64,000 nucleotides of DNA from Squalus acanthias. Its lineage: Eukaryota. Below are positions 12,547-25,659 of this stretch, one piece after another. The translations under genes were made by a program, and so were the position numbers. Location: positions 41,356,001-41,420,000 of the forward strand of contig CM059432.1 in the NCBI GenBank assembly GCA_030390025.1, written 5' to 3'. How positions within the stretch are numbered: position 1 is the first letter of the stretch; each line of letters opens with the position of its first letter. The notes under the pieces were generated by a model. The model was not told the DNA's origin. It saw only the letters and a list, made by a program, of their open reading frames with translations, and did no database searches.

Positions 12547-13082
12547 AATATCTCTAATAGTAGATGCAGCTGGTAACTGCTTCTGTGATGTATCAGGAAC
12601 AAAGTCAAAGAAGGAAACAAAATTCAGCTTACCTTAGTTGGTATCAAGGTTGTATCAGAGTCAGAAGGATGGGGAGTTGAGCTTCATACCAGGGCTTGCG
12701 CTTGTAATAGATTGTTTCCACTGGTCAGTGAAACAATAACGAGACGGCACAGTTTTAAGTTAATCATAAAAAGAATTAAAGGGGAGGTTTGAAAAAAATT
12801 CTTCGCACAGGCTTGGTTAGACTGTGGCATGATCTGCCACAGACACTTGTTAAAACAAAGTCCAGAATTTTTTTGAAAGGGGCAATTAGATAGTTGCTTG
12901 AAAAAGAGGGGAGCGAGCACGATGGTGGGATTAGACTGGGGGCTGACTTCACAAATGTGCGCTGCCAGTGAGGAGCCACACCCATTGGGTATGCAAATCA
13001 GGAAATTGCAGGCCTGCTACCCACTATATTCCATCCAGAGTTCCACATGATGATTGGCCACTTGGACGAGGTATCGGGGAGG

Positions 13083-14045
13083 TTTTTTAAAATTCATTAA
13101 TGGGATGTGGGCGTCGCTGGCAAGGCCAGCATTTATTGCCCATCCCTAATTGCCCTTGAGAAGGTGGTGGTGAGCCGCCTTCTTGAACCGCTGCAGTCCA
13201 TGTGGTGAAGGTACTCCCACAGTGCTGTTAGGAAGGGAGTTCCAGGATTTTGACCCAGCGACGATGAAGGATCGGTGATATACTTCTAAGTCAGGATGGT
13301 GTGTGACTTGGAGGGGAATTTGGAGGTGGTGGTGTTCCTATGCGCCTGCTGCCCTTGTCCTTCTAGGTGGTAGAGGTTGCGGGTTTGGGAGGTGCTGCTG
13401 AAGAAGCCTTGGCGACTTGCTGCAGTGCATCTTGTAGATGGTACACACTGCAGCCACGGTACGCCGGTGGTGGAGGGAGTGAATGTTTAAGGTGGGCTGC
13501 TTTGTCCTGGATGGTGTCGAGCTTCTTGTGTGTTGTTGGAGCTGCACTCATCCAGGCAAGTGGAGAGTATTCCATTACACTCCTTACTTGTGCCTTGTAG
13601 ATGGTAGAAAGGTTTTGGGGAGTCAGGAGGTGAGACACTCACTGCAGAATACCTAGCCTCTGACCTGCTCTTGTTGCCACAGTATTTATGTGGCTGGTCC
13701 AGTTAAGTTTCTGGTCAATGGTGACCCCCAGGATGTTGATGGTGGGGAATTCGGCGATGGTAATGCCATTGAACGTCAAGGGGTGGTGGTTAGACTCTCG
13801 CTTGTTGGAGATAATCATTGCCTGGCACTTCTGTGGCGCGAATGTTACCTGCCACTTATCAGCCCAAGCCTGAACGTCGTCCAGGTCTTGTTGCATGTGG
13901 GCATAGACTGCTTCATTATCTGAGGAGTTGTGAATGGCACTGAACACTGTGGAGTCATCAGCGAACATCCCAATTTCTGACCTTATGTTGGAGGGAAGAC
14001 CATTGATGAAGCAGCTGAAGATGGTTGGGCCTAGGACACTGCCAG
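13083..14045 (-). mobile_element. CR1-clade LINE family B, RT C-terminus and 3' end
   Basis: FADDSTVF...AWADKWQVTFAPQKC...LGVTIDQKLNWTSHI; IYKAQVRSVMEYSPLAW. Confidence 0.9.
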
Positions 14046-14157
14046 GTTGCTGGCATCTGTGTTACTGTACCTCCGTACAAAGCAGAGCTTTCAAAGGTGA
14101 GGGGGAGTAAAATTTATATGTTTATAAAGTAAATTCATTGTCTCTTGCTATTCACAG

Positions 14158-14316
14158 GCAAGCGTTTCATGTATGTAAATGCCACCGATTTGGATGACCC
14201 CGAAACTCCTAATGGTAAAATCGAGTACAGCATCTCACAGCAGATACCAAAAACGGATGACATAATGTTTTTCCAGATTAATAATGAAACTGGGGCAATC
14301 TCCACAACTGAAGATG
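14158..14316 (+). CDS. CDH17: CDH17 exon D (159 nt, 1-1), EC2: KRFMYVNATDLDDPETPNGKIEYSISQQIPKTDDIMFFQINNETGAISTTEDG
   Basis: cacag|GC...GATG|gtatg; lies within ORF 14145-14429. Confidence 0.96.
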
Positions 14317-14653
14317 GTATGTTGACCATAAGATCTCTCTTCTACCAACATGGCAATTTAAACCACAGGACACATTTCTACATCATCATTTTTGAGAATG
14401 CCATATTTACACTTAAATACAGGTGGTGATACTGTGATATCGGAATGTATTTGTCACTGTGCTATCACAGTTAAAATATAAATGTTATTAAAGCATCACT
14501 TTAGTTCAGATAAATTTATGTTAAAACACACATGTATGATATTGTATTAAGTACAATTAATGAATACTATGCTAAGTATTGCCTGGAGCACTGTAACTGG
14601 AAGTAAGACTAGTCAATCTCCTGTCAAGTTGCTCACAGGTAGTGGAATTTTTA

Positions 14654-14829
14654 AGGGTAGAAACTCGCCTTATGAAGTAGTGCAAAATTTGGGGGTGTCC
14701 CATCGAACGGCTGTTACACACCCCGCCTGATAGTAAAGTCAATGGAACTGAATATCGGGCGGGTGTATAACGAGCGGCCGGGACAATACCACCCATTTTG
14801 CGCTACTACTCAAGATGAATTTCTAGACC
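14654..14829. mobile_element. Palindromic Harbinger-type MITE
   Basis: AGGGTAGAAACT...AATTTCTAGACC; inner arms GTAGTGCAAAAT/ATTTTGCGCTAC and TTACACACCCCGCC/GGCGGGTGTATAA. Confidence 0.65.
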
Positions 14830-15189
14830 ATACTATTTACTGTGGCCCTGCCATAGTATAAATATGACAGCAGTTTGCCCATCACTGTGAAACAGCAAAT
14901 TTACTTAAGAAATATATCACTGACTCAGGTTAAACAAATAGTAAACCTTCCGACTACTGCGATACAGTAGCTTGGATCTGTCCTACCCAAAACCTCTTCT
15001 GTCCAATTGCCTACATACATTAACAACCTCATAGATTTATAATATTTGCTTAAGATGCAAGTACTTTATTTACCTGCTCGCTCTTCCTTCCTTCCTACGC
15101 TAAACTTTCTTCCTATTTGTAGCACAGAATTTTTAACTTACTATACTGTCTTTTAAAATGTTTTTCCACCACTTACACTGAAGTTATTT

Positions 15190-15700
15190 TCTTCTTCGTA
15201 TCCCTCCCACTCTTTTCACCTCCTTCCCTTCTCACCTCTCCTCAACCCCTCTCTACTCTCCTCCTCTTTACCCTCAACTCCTGCTTTTTCCCTCTCCCGC
15301 ACTCCTCCTCTCCCTTTCCTCCTCCCATCTTCAACTCCCCTTCCCCTCTCCTTTTCTCCTATCTCCCACTCCATCTTCTCTCCCACCTCCCCTCCTTTCC
15401 CCCTCTTCCCATTCCTTACTTTATACACCCCTTCCCTCTGCCTCCACCAATTCTCCCCTTCCCCCTCCCCTCACTGCTTTCTTTTCTGGTATCCCTCCAG
15501 TCCCCTTTCACTCTCTATCACCCTCCAGTCCCCTCTCCCTTCTTTCTATAGTTTGCTCTCCTTCCCCTTCTCCTTCTCAATCTTTTTCACGCCCTTTCTT
15601 TTTCTTCCTTCCTATTCCCGTCTCCCACTCCCTGCACCCCACCCCCCACCGGCTCCTGCTCCCTTCTATCCCATCTCTCCCTAGAACTTCCCAATCCCTT
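15190..15700. repeat. Polypyrimidine low-complexity tract
   Basis: Almost entirely C/T over about 500 bp. Confidence 0.9.
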
Positions 15701-15842
15701 TCTACTTGCTTGTCATGTGATGTGACTTGTTCTGGTACATTCTGGGTACTGTAGTCCCAGAGCAGCAGGATGTTTTTCCACTGCTTGCAGCTCAGTTAAT
15801 TATAAATTTTCTGCCTAGTTGTCATAGTACACTATTTCAATT

Positions 15843-15867
<25 letters not shown>
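15843..15867. repeat. (TC)n microsatellite
   Basis: Direct reading. Confidence 0.9.
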
Positions 15868-15873
<6 letters not shown>

Positions 15874-16527
15874 GATGCTCACACACGCACTGGCACACAC
15901 TGAATTTATCCACCGCAATTGGAAATCATCAGCACCACAACAATGTGAAGTTGCTAACTCAAGCCCCAGGCTTTAGGCAGCGGGGTAGGCCAAAACTTGT
16001 TACAGGCATTTCTAACATTAAATAATTGATTTTATGGTTAAAATGTGTGATATATTTTCAGAATTGTGGATTATTTTTGTTACATCATACATTAACCTAA
16101 GTGAAGAAGGAAAATGACAGATATAAACAGTGGAAGAACTTGAACAATTTGTTCCTTATTGGTACCTAGCAATTGAATCAAACTGCTTTAGATTGGTTCA
16201 TGTGTAATCAATTGTATATTTGCTAACTGCACATTTAAGCCCATCATTAAATGGACATCTGCTGGGCACAGAATGTTACAGTATATAGATACTAAATTTT
16301 TGTCATCAGATTTTAAAAGAGGATTGTCTTTATGAAAACGTTTCCACCAAACATTTGTTTCCAAAATCACAATTAGAAACACATCATTGTGCCAATGGCA
16401 CATGATATCACTGTGATCAAAAGATGAATGCACATCTTACTCCATTGAAAGAAAGGTTTATTGTCAACCAGCTCTTCATGAAGGCGGCATGAAGAAAAGT
16501 GTTTTATTAAAATTGTATTTTTTACAG

Positions 16528-16718
16528 GATATAAATCACTTGATCCGACAAAGGTAGAATCCTATCGGCTGATAATTTCCGCAAAGGATATGGCCGAATT
16601 GCCTCTGAGCACGACCTCTGTCGTAATAATTAATGTAAAAGAGAATCTGTGGAAGTCACCCGGGAAAATAGAAATTGCTGAGAATTCTACTGACCCTCAT
16701 CCCAAGATAATCACAAAG
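16528..16718 (+). CDS. CDH17: CDH17 exon E (191 nt, 1-0): YKSLDPTKVESYRLIISAKDMAELPLSTTSVVIINVKENLWKSPGKIEIAENSTDPHPKIITK
   Basis: tacag|GA...AAG|gtagg; ENLWK and ENSTDPHP as in CDH17. Confidence 0.95.
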
Positions 16719-16915
16719 GTAGGACCTTCAAGTACTGAGAACTACACAGTTTTTTGTATCCATCCCTAAGTCCAGCTGAAATGCACATCATGTGCAAATG
16801 GGCGGAAACTCAGCGTCATGTGTCTCCACCCCTTTATCCGGCCTGTTATGCCCCATGAACTTGGGGTGGAACCAATATTAAAATTGGTCTTGAAATCAGT
16901 TACTGAAATAAAATT

Positions 16916-17772
16916 GGGCCAGATTTTGCTGAAAAAATAATGGCGTCTGAAAGACGCACGGCGTTCTCAATATGCAAATCGGCCAGCAACTTGAGGCGAG
17001 GAAGAGAAACCCCGTGAATTTTTTAAATATTCGTTCATGGGATGTGGGCGTCGCTGGCAAGGCCAGCATTTCTTGCCCATCCCTAGTTGCCCTTCAGAAG
17101 GTGGTGGTGAGCCGCCTTCTTGAACCGCTGCAGGCCGTGTGGTGAAGGCCTTGCCAGCGACGCCCACATCCCAGGAATGAATATAAAAAAAATTGCGAAT
17201 CGTCACAAGTTGCTTTGCGAAAACTGCATAATGCACTTAACCACGAAGTTGCTGCATTTACGCCACGGAAAGTTGTCTAGTAATTAACAGCATAAGTACC
17301 CTTTTAACAACATCATAATTGTTAATGACTGCCAATCAACCGCTCTTGCTCAGAAGTGAACAATTATAAGTGTCTCATTCCTTCAGGTTGTAAATTGTTG
17401 GAGATTTAAAAATGTAAATTTTTTAATTTTTCAATTTTTTTCTTACTTTTCCTTTCTATCTGTTTTCTCTCTCTCCGAATCCAATCTTTCTTTCCCTCTT
17501 TTTATTTCTCTTTTTGTACCTGATTTGGCATTGAATTCACCCACTCTGATTCATCCTCCTTCTCAGTCCTTCCTCTGTTTATTCCTCAATCCTTTAACTG
17601 CATTGGTTAAGGAGTTTGTCTCTCATTGTTCACAAGGACCCAGATGACCTATAGTCCTCTGCGCCATTATCAGCTCGCGCATCCAGCAACTATGTGGGCA
17701 AAATTTGTTAAAACCTAAACGCGCACAAACAAGTCTAACTAACAGATGCCCCGTTCCAGCAAAATCTGGGTG
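16916..17772. mobile_element. Harbinger-type non-autonomous element containing a LINE-tail insertion
   Basis: TIR core CCAGATTTTGCTG / CAGCAAAATCTGG (13 bp, perfect). Confidence 0.7.
17021..17190. mobile_element. Fold-back insertion made of two LINE family B 3' ends
   Basis: 17021-17146 is the minus-strand tail and 17147-17190 the plus-strand tail; 27-bp perfect inverted repeat. Confidence 0.85.
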
Positions 17773-18054
17773 GTCACTTTTGATCGATAGGCCCTGAAAT
17801 TCCACAGGGGCTCTCCTGGTCTCCCACCATAATTCCAGCCACTTACACCCTTTTCCTGTGGCTTCTGCCAGAGTTACAATGGGAGATCAGAGAACTCCTG
17901 CAGAATTTCAGTGCCATTGGGCTGGATTTTGCGGGGGGTCAGTGGGCGCGATTGGCGACGGGTTGGGTGGGAAAGTGTGTTTTTCCCCAGCGACCCCACT
18001 GTGAACCTGCGCATTTCGAGTGAAAGTTTTTGATAGAGTAGACACAGAGAGAGT

Positions 18055-18385
18055 GTTTCCAATTGCGGGGAAGAGAAAAACTAGAGGCCATTAATATAAG
18101 ATAGTCACCAAGAACTCAAATAGGGAATTCAGAAGAAATGTCTTAACCCAGAAAGTGGGGAGAATGTGGAATTCGCTACCACAGGGAGTGGTTGAAGCGA
18201 TAATATAGATGCATTTAAGGGGAAGCTAGATAAGCATATGAGGGAGAAGGGAATACAGGATTATGCTGATAGAGTTAACCGAGGAAGGATGGGAGGAGGC
18301 TCAAGTGGAGCATAAACACTGGCATGGATTGGTTGGGCTGAATGGTCTGTTTCTGTGCTGTATATTCTATGTAATTCTATGTATG
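18055..18385 (+). mobile_element. CR1 LINE 3' end
   Basis: TRGH...VGRMWNSLPQGVVEA; ATTCTATGT repeat tail. Confidence 0.85.
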
Positions 18386-18934
18386 TAAATGTTCAGTGGA
18401 AAAGTCAGTCTTGTTTACCAGACAGAGACTTCAGCTGATAAGCATTCGGCCATAAGCTTTCTTTGTCTTAACAGCTGTTCTCCTAGGGATGCACAAGTCA
18501 TGTGATGACTCATCCAGTTGAATGATTAGATCGACAGCTCAGTCAAGATTAAAGCCTTGATAAGGGGTATGGGAGACTTTCTTGTTTAAAACTGAAATTC
18601 ATTAAGTGAATAATGGGATGAGATATTATTTGAAACATGCGGATTTTCACCTGGCTAGTGTGAAAGAAAGGTATAAAAAGAGGAGTGTTAGAATAGATAC
18701 TTCAGAATTTGAAAAGGCTTGGCCAGCTGATGCCCTCAAGCTCGAGATCTGTAACGTATGAATTCTCTGGTAATTCATAGTATCGTAATTGTAATCTTAG
18801 GTATATGAGTAATTATTATTAAAAATAAATATTGTATGCTTAATTCTAATGAAAGCCAATAAATACCTTTATTATCTTGTGGAATAACTTACAAATTTAT
18901 GAGTAAAAACATCTATTCCCTAAAACATGAGATG

Positions 18935-19108
18935 ACTTCATTGTCGCTGGATCGGAATTCTAGAATTCCCTACCTAACACCATTGTGGGAGCACCATCAC
19001 CTCAAGGACTGCAGTGGTTCAAGGCGAGGGCACCACCACCTTCTCGGGGCCACTAGGGATTTGCAATAAATGTGGTCTTTTCAGTGTTACCTACACCCCA
19101 AGAACATA
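18935..19108 (+). mobile_element. LINE family B 3' end (older copy)
   Basis: Similar to 62960-63130. Confidence 0.7.
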
Positions 19109-19784
19109 TCCAGATGTGGCTAATTGCAATCCTGATTAGTAAATAAAAAATGTGTAATAGACATTGTCATTGGGCATGTAAACTCAATACTTATGTTTGC
19201 ATGGTGTATGCATGTGTACTTTAACCTTTTTCTGCATTTGTTGGTAAAATGGTAAAACAAATAGCAGAGTGTGCAAGTGGTTTTGGTCGTTGTGAGTGCT
19301 TTACTTCCTTGGTTACTGAATAGTGGTAGATATTGTTAAGTAAATATACACATGTGAAGTACATTTACCTGTATTGCGTTTAAGGCGTCTTCTACTAAAG
19401 TTAGTGCATGTGGCTACAATGGTGTCGCCGCTGTGGCTAGTCAGCTATTTCTATTGGGCAGCACTGCACTATTGCAGCCCTTCCCTGTACCTAAGTTAAG
19501 TAAGAAAAATATTTATATCACCTTCTGAGAATTTTTCTGCTTGTTCCTCAGAGCCATGTTTACACCTTCATGCAAGCTGGTTCTACTTTAAGAACAGTCC
19601 AATTTTAAATGCAGCTGTGCCCTCAGAAGAACTTTCTCCTACTCCTCCACATATTTCTTGGGCCTTCCCACGCACAGGGCACCGATTGTTGGCAGGACTT
19701 GTGCCTTTGTCCCACCTAGCAAAATTCTAATGAGCTGAACCTGCGATTTCAGCTTGGGTCAGTGTCAACAACAACAACAACTTG

Positions 19785-20815
19785 TCATAGAAGGAGGCCA
19801 TTCGGCCCATCGAGTCCATGCTGGCTCTCTGTAGAGCAATCCAGTCAGTTCCATTCCCCCGCTGTATCCCCGTAGCCCTGCAAGTTTATTTCCCTCAAGT
19901 GCCTATCCAGTCTCCCCTTGAAAACATTGAGGGGGAAAAATTGGATCACGCCCCCTTTGGGGCGCTAACTTCGCCGAGGCGCTAAGCACCCCTGCAGCTG
20001 TAATTCACCGGTAGCACCCCAAGAGGGAGGCGGGGCGCTACTGGAAGCACCCCACCTCCTTCCTGGGGCACTGCGAGCGAATATTGCGGCGCTACGTGCC
20101 GCCGTGCCGCGGTACTGCAGGCCTTCCTCCCCTTATTAAAGGGGAGGGGCCTAGTGCAGCGCGACCCTGAGCCCAGCTGGGCCACCAGGGATCGAAGTGC
20201 CGGCAAAAGAGCCCGGCACTCAAGAGAAGTGCCGGGCTCACGGAGCGCAGCCGGCACCCCGCGGGGAGGCTGCAGAGGAGGCCGGGGACGGCAGAGGGGG
20301 CAGGTGCTGGCAAGCGGCCAGCAACAAAAATGGCTGCCCGGCACCTCCCCTTTAATTATCGCCGCCCTGGCCAGCAGGTAGGCCCCCCTGACCCTGTCGG
20401 ACATAGCGTCCGGCGGTAAGTCAGGGGGCGCTACTGAAGATCGCGGTCAGGGCGCTGCGCACGGCGATGACGTCATCGCCGGCGGCGCAGCGCCGTGGGG
20501 CGCTAACGGTTACCTCCGTCGCTAATCTCCTGCTGAATTTCGCAGGAGGCGTTGGCGGCGCCGCGCCCAGGCGCTAGTTGCTTTGCGCCCCGTTAGCATC
20601 CTCTTAGGGCGCTAACGGGAGGTGCAAAGCAACCGAATTTGTAGGCCTAAGTGTCTCTGCTTCCACCACTTCTGTCAGCAGCGAGTTCCAGGTCCAAACC
20701 ACTTGCTGTGTAAAAAAGTTTTTCCTCACATCCCCCCTGTATCTCTTGCCCAAAACCTTAAATCTGTGTCCCCTAGTCTTTGTACCATCAACTAGTGGGA
20801 ACAGCCTTTCCCAGA
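19785..20815 (-). mobile_element. CR1 3' end split by a Harbinger MITE
   Basis: ERLFPLVDGTKTRGHRFKV...FFTQQVVWTWNSL; the CR1 sequence resumes on the other side of the insertion. Confidence 0.85.
19931..20647. mobile_element. GC-rich Harbinger MITE (family G, rich in GGGGCGCTAA motifs)
   Basis: Termini GGGGGAAAAATT / AATTTGTAGGCC; TSD TGA/TAA; related to 2375-2600, 23047-23600 and 63811-64000. Confidence 0.8.
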
Positions 20816-21480
20816 TAATAGCTTCTGTCTTCCCAATGTTTAACTGGAGGAAATTGTGGTTCATCCAGGACTGGATGTCTGACAAGTAGTCTAACAACAC
20901 AGTGGCAGTGGAGGGTCAAGAGAGGTGGTGCAGACATAGAGCAGGAGAGCTGGGGGACGTCAGCGTACATGTGGAATCTGACTTGGAGAATGACACCGAG
21001 GGGAAACATGTAGATGAGGAATAGGTGGGAGCCAAGGATAGATCTTTGGGGGATTACAGAGGTAACGGCGTGGGGGCAGGAACAGAAGCCACTGCAGTAG
21101 ATTATTTGGCTATTACTGGATTGATAAGAGTGGATCCAATCGCAGGCAGTTCAACTCAGCTGGACAATGGAGGAGAGGTGTTGGAAAAGGATGTTGTGGT
21201 TGACCGTGTCAGAGGCTGGAGAGAGATCGAGAACGATGAGGAGGGATAGTGCTGCATGGCCACAGTCACAATGGATTTAATTTGTTACTATGATTAGGGC
21301 TGTTTCAGTGCTGTGGCAAGGGCAGAAAACTGATTGGAAAGATTTAAAGAATTGCGGGAAAGAGGGACACAGATTTGGGAGGTCTTTGGAGAGGAAAGGG
21401 AGGTTGGTGATGAGCAGTAGTTTGCAAGGACAGAGGAGTGAAGGGTGTTTTTTTTGAGGAGGGGGTGGTTTGAAAGAATG
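20816..21480 (-). mobile_element. L2 LINE RT fragment
   Basis: FHMYADVPQL, LSDIQSWMNHNFLQLNIGKTEAI, HSTETALI. Confidence 0.85.
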
Positions 21481-21489
21481 CAGGGGCAG

Positions 21490-22560
21490 GCTGCATTCCT
21501 TGGGTGTCTGACATGAAGTTTTGGTGAGGGGAGGGTGGGAAAGCAAGGGCTGCATGCTTACACCATGCACACCTTGTAAATCAGAAGAGATTGTGGGATG
21601 AGGGGGAAGTGGGATTTGAGAAGGAGGACAACATATGAGGATACCAGAATCTTGTATTCTTTCAGCCCCGCTGCTGGCCAAGGGCTCAGCCATGCCACTG
21701 CCAAGAATGGCCAGCACCGTCTCCTCCAAGAGGGTGAGGTGAAGCTAGGAATGTGAGGTGTGCCTCGTGTTTCATACTGATTGTTGGTAAGTGAATGATG
21801 GGGGGAGTTGGGGTCATGCAATGAGCAGTGTGTGAGGCTAGTGGTGCAGTTGGTAGGAGACGGCTTTTGAAGATGCATTCACTGACCCTGACCACTGATT
21901 TGAGGTCATGAAGCTTCTTTGGGCACTGGAGCCAGGTGGTGGGGGGTGGGGGGGACACTACTGGCAGCGACGGCCTCAGTGATCTGGCCCCCATCTTTCT
22001 TTCTGGAGGGCCTCCTGGCCCCCTGTGGGTAGAGGACCTCTCTTGCAGTGTTGACCCCTGCACAAAGCTCGAGTGCTGTTTGCGAGACCCTGGGTGTCCC
22101 TTGCCTGGCTTGTTGAACAATTTGTGTTAGTGCTGAAGCACTTTCACCATTTTTTTACGTGCAGAAGGCAGTTCAGCTTTAAGAGCTGAAGACTGCTCAT
22201 TCAGAATTATTTTTAATGTTTTTTTTTAAAGGCAGTTGAGCTCTAAAGGCTAAAGACTACCTATTTTGAAATGATTTTTATTTTTTTAATTTTAGAAGGC
22301 AGTTCTCCTTTAAGGGCTCGGTACTGCTTTCTAAAGTGACAGGCTAGCTTTAAGACAATGCTGCCTCGGTCCAGGGACGCTACATTGGGCCTCCTGCTGA
22401 GACTACCACCTGAAACAGCACGTTACACAGTAGGTTTTGCGCTCTGATCAATTAAATCAGCAGGCAGCACCAAAATACCGGTGCTGCCTGTGCTCTTTTT
22501 GCGGGCAGACATTAATTTTGGCCCGTGGTGGCACTGCCTGTTTTCGGGCTTAATCGAATT
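21490..22560 (-). mobile_element. Harbinger fragment carrying a frameshifted Myb/SANT-like DNA-binding gene
   Basis: Across frameshifts: APRVSQTALE...REVLYPQG...ITEAVAAS...TWLQCPKKLHDL. Confidence 0.65.
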
Positions 22561-22619
22561 TCTAAATGCATATCTCAAACGTGGTAATCTCAGGATTACT
22601 TCTTGTGCCACGCACTGTG

Positions 22620-24550
22620 CAGGTTAGGCTTGGACAGATTAGATCCATTATGTGTGGCTTTAGAGATGGTGCAGGAAGGAGGGTTTCAGATTCGTAGGAC
22701 TTTGAGAACAGTTCTGGGTTAGAGGGAAGCTGTTCAGATGGGAAGTACTTTACCTGAACCGGAGGGGTACCAATGTGCTTGCAGAAAGGGTAAATAAGGC
22801 AGTGAGGTGGATTTAAGCTAATATGGCAGAGGGAGGGGAAAGCAAAACAGACTATGGTTAAGAATAATTAGGAAAGAGGGCGTAAGGATATTAAAGGATA
22901 ACCTGAATTGTGCTGATATGAATGCAAGGAGTTTTAGGAATAAAATAAGTGAGAAGTGTTGGTATATAGGGAGGGAATAGATAGAAGAGTAACTGAAACC
23001 TGGTTGAAATCAAATGATGAATGAGGAGATAACTGGCAGGGTTTATGGGGGGAGAAATTCATTATAGCCCCGTTTGGGGTGCTAACTTTTAAAAGTCAAA
23101 AAAATTAGCGCCAGACGCTAATGTTTTTCAACTTTTAAAATATTCAGGTTTGCGCTCCAGGAAGGAAGTGGAGCACTAAATCAAACGTTTCACTTTCTTC
23201 CTGGAGTGTAACAGGCAGCAGCCGGGGTGGTAGGTGTGCGGCGTTGCACAATGGGCCGTGCAGCCCTGCCGCGTTGGAAGGCTCCTTCCTCTCCTTAAAG
23301 GGAAGGGCCATCACTGCAGGCTCTGCAAGGAAAAAACTTACCTGGTCCCCGACGGCAGCCACGATCCGGCCCGATCAGCCCGATGCACTGCAGCAGAGTG
23401 CCAGGCTGATCGCTCGCTGGAGAAAAAAACTGAAAAAAAACCCAGAAAGAGCATTTGAGATTTTTTTACACTTACCTCGGCCACCTCTCCTTTAAGTATC
23501 GCCCCCCCCCCCCCCACCAAGCGCCCGGCCTTCCGATGAACGCCTCCTGCAGCTGCCGGAGGCGATAATGGGAGGCGCTATGGTGCCCAATTTCTAGCCC
23601 TTTGTGTCTTCGGAAGGACCGTGAAGGTAAGGCAGAAAGTGGGGTGGCATCAGTTGTTAGAGAGGGACTAGTTACAATGGAGTTAGCTGCTGGAATGGTA
23701 CTGAGTCTCTTTGGATAGAATTAATGGACAGGAGAGGGACAAAGTTAGTAATAGGAATATGCTGCAGCCCACCAAATAATCAAAGGGAGGCAAATGCATT
23801 TTTGTGAGATATGACAATACAGATGAGTGCCAAATATTAATCCTGGGAGAATACATGGAAATAGTAAAATTGGAAGAGATACTGGAAGGAAAAGATGTGG
23901 AAGGAAAATTGAATATTTTCAAAGGGGTTGTTTTTGAGAAGCAAAATTAATTTATTCCTAAAATAGATCAAGGACAAAATAAACAAATAAGATCAGTTTG
24001 GCTGACTGACAAAGTTGTGAAAGGCATGAGGGAGGAAGAGAAAGTACACAAAATGTTTAAATGTTCAGGAAAGGAACAGGATGGGGAGATCTATAAAGAT
24101 AAGTTGAGGAATGCCAAGAAACTGATAAGGGCTGCAAAGAGGAATTGCGAGGAAAATATATTTCAAAACATAAAGGAGAACAGTAAAGCATTATTCAAGT
24201 ATGTCAGGAGTAAACAAAGGGTGCTAAGCGGGATTGGCAGGCTAAAAAATGACAATAGGGAAGTGGTGTCTGAAAAAAGATAAATTACTGAAGTATTTAA
24301 CTGTTATGCTTCGACAGTCTTCACAAAAGTAATGACGAGAGAAATACCAGAAATTGGGGGTATAGGTTAGAGGTGAATGTAGACTAAAATGTTTTAAAAT
24401 CACAAAAGACAACATATTGGGAAATTTCAAGAAGGAACTAATCAGGTTCTTGTCAAAAAATGACATTCAGGGTTATTAGAAGTATGCCAAGGGAATACTG
24501 TGGCTAGGTGGGCTAGATGGACTGAAGGTCTTCTCCTTCCTGAAACTGTT
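22620..24550 (+). mobile_element. Old decayed CR1 LINE (ORF1 end, endonuclease, linker), interrupted by a MITE
   Basis: NARSFRNK, VTETWL remnants; KLIRAAKRNCEE..NIKENSKALFKYVRSK. Confidence 0.7.
23047..23600. mobile_element. Harbinger MITE family G
   Basis: GGGGGAGAAATT / AATTTCTAGCCC; TSD TAT/TTT. Confidence 0.75.
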
Positions 24551-24974
24551 ACTATAGGGGGAATTTTAAATCTTGGGCGAGAAGCCGGCGGGACGTGCGG
24601 GCTGCTCGCTTGGGAGTCTCTGTGGGAGACCCGACTGATATTATTTGCTGGGCTTCATTTACATCCCACTGGCCAGTAGGCCGCCTGAACAGATGTAAAG
24701 CGACAGCTGGAAGGCTGCCGGCAGACAAAGATCGGACGATCTGTAGACGGCCCACCGTCACTCAGTTAAGTTGCGGAGGGGGCGAGTTCAGTAGCATCTC
24801 GCGGGTGAGAAAGGGATGAAAGCCCAGGGCAGCAGGGGCCCAGACTTTCCTTGTGGGTCATGGAGAAGCTCTCCTGGTTCTCCTGGCACCACAACGATAA
24901 ATTTCGAAAGGCTTTACTGACCGGGGTGCCCGCCACAGCTGCCCGCTCAGTATGCCATTAAAATGTTATTCCTA

Positions 24975-25633
24975 GGGACGGATGCCTCCGATCGGAAAAA
25001 ATCTACGAACTTACCTGCTGGCTCCGTAGATCCCGAGACTTCCGATCCTGGGCCTCTGCTCTACGAAATGCGCAGAGGCCCAGGTATCCTAGGGGTGCAT
25101 GCGGTTCGCAAGCGTCCCTGAGATCACGTAGGCCATGGGGAACCAATCCAAGAAGGTCTCTCCGCATAGATCTGTCAAAAGTATGAATGGGAATCACTTA
25201 AAAAACAGTTAAACATTAAATACATTTTTTTTAAATCACGTATTTAAAATGAGTTAAAATTAGATTAAATTAAATATTTTAAACAAAAATTTAATTTTTT
25301 GAAAAACATAATTAAAGTTTTTTACGGGGCTAAAAATAAACTAACTTTTTTTTAAGTATTTCTAAATTATAAAAGAGTGAAAAAAAAATTATTTTTTATT
25401 TTTTTACACTCTTTTGCTGGTAAAAGCAGGCCTTATGCTTTTACCAGGTGTAAGATTTTTAAAGGTTTTCAGCAGGCGGAAGTTGTGCAGAAAGTGGAAC
25501 TCTCCACCCGCAGAGGCACTTTTCCCGGGCAGGCGGATGATCTGTCAAGAGGATTCTTGACAGATCGGAAGTGCCGGGTTTTAGCGCACGTGCTTTGCTT
25601 GTACGCACCTGTGGGTGTTGGAAAATCCGGCCC
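24975..25633 (-). mobile_element. Harbinger-type MITE family A (GC-rich arms, AT-rich core)
   Basis: Reverse-complement similar to 58880-59563 and 31610-32199; right terminus AAAATCCGGCCC; preceded by another MITE-like segment from about 24557. Confidence 0.7.
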
Positions 25634-25659
25634 AATGTGGAGTTATCCATAGTAACTTG

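Noticed and set aside
19931..20647. CpG island promoter of an internal gene
   Set aside because: The CpG-rich stretch is bounded exactly by TIRs and a TSD inside a CR1, so it is a young MITE.
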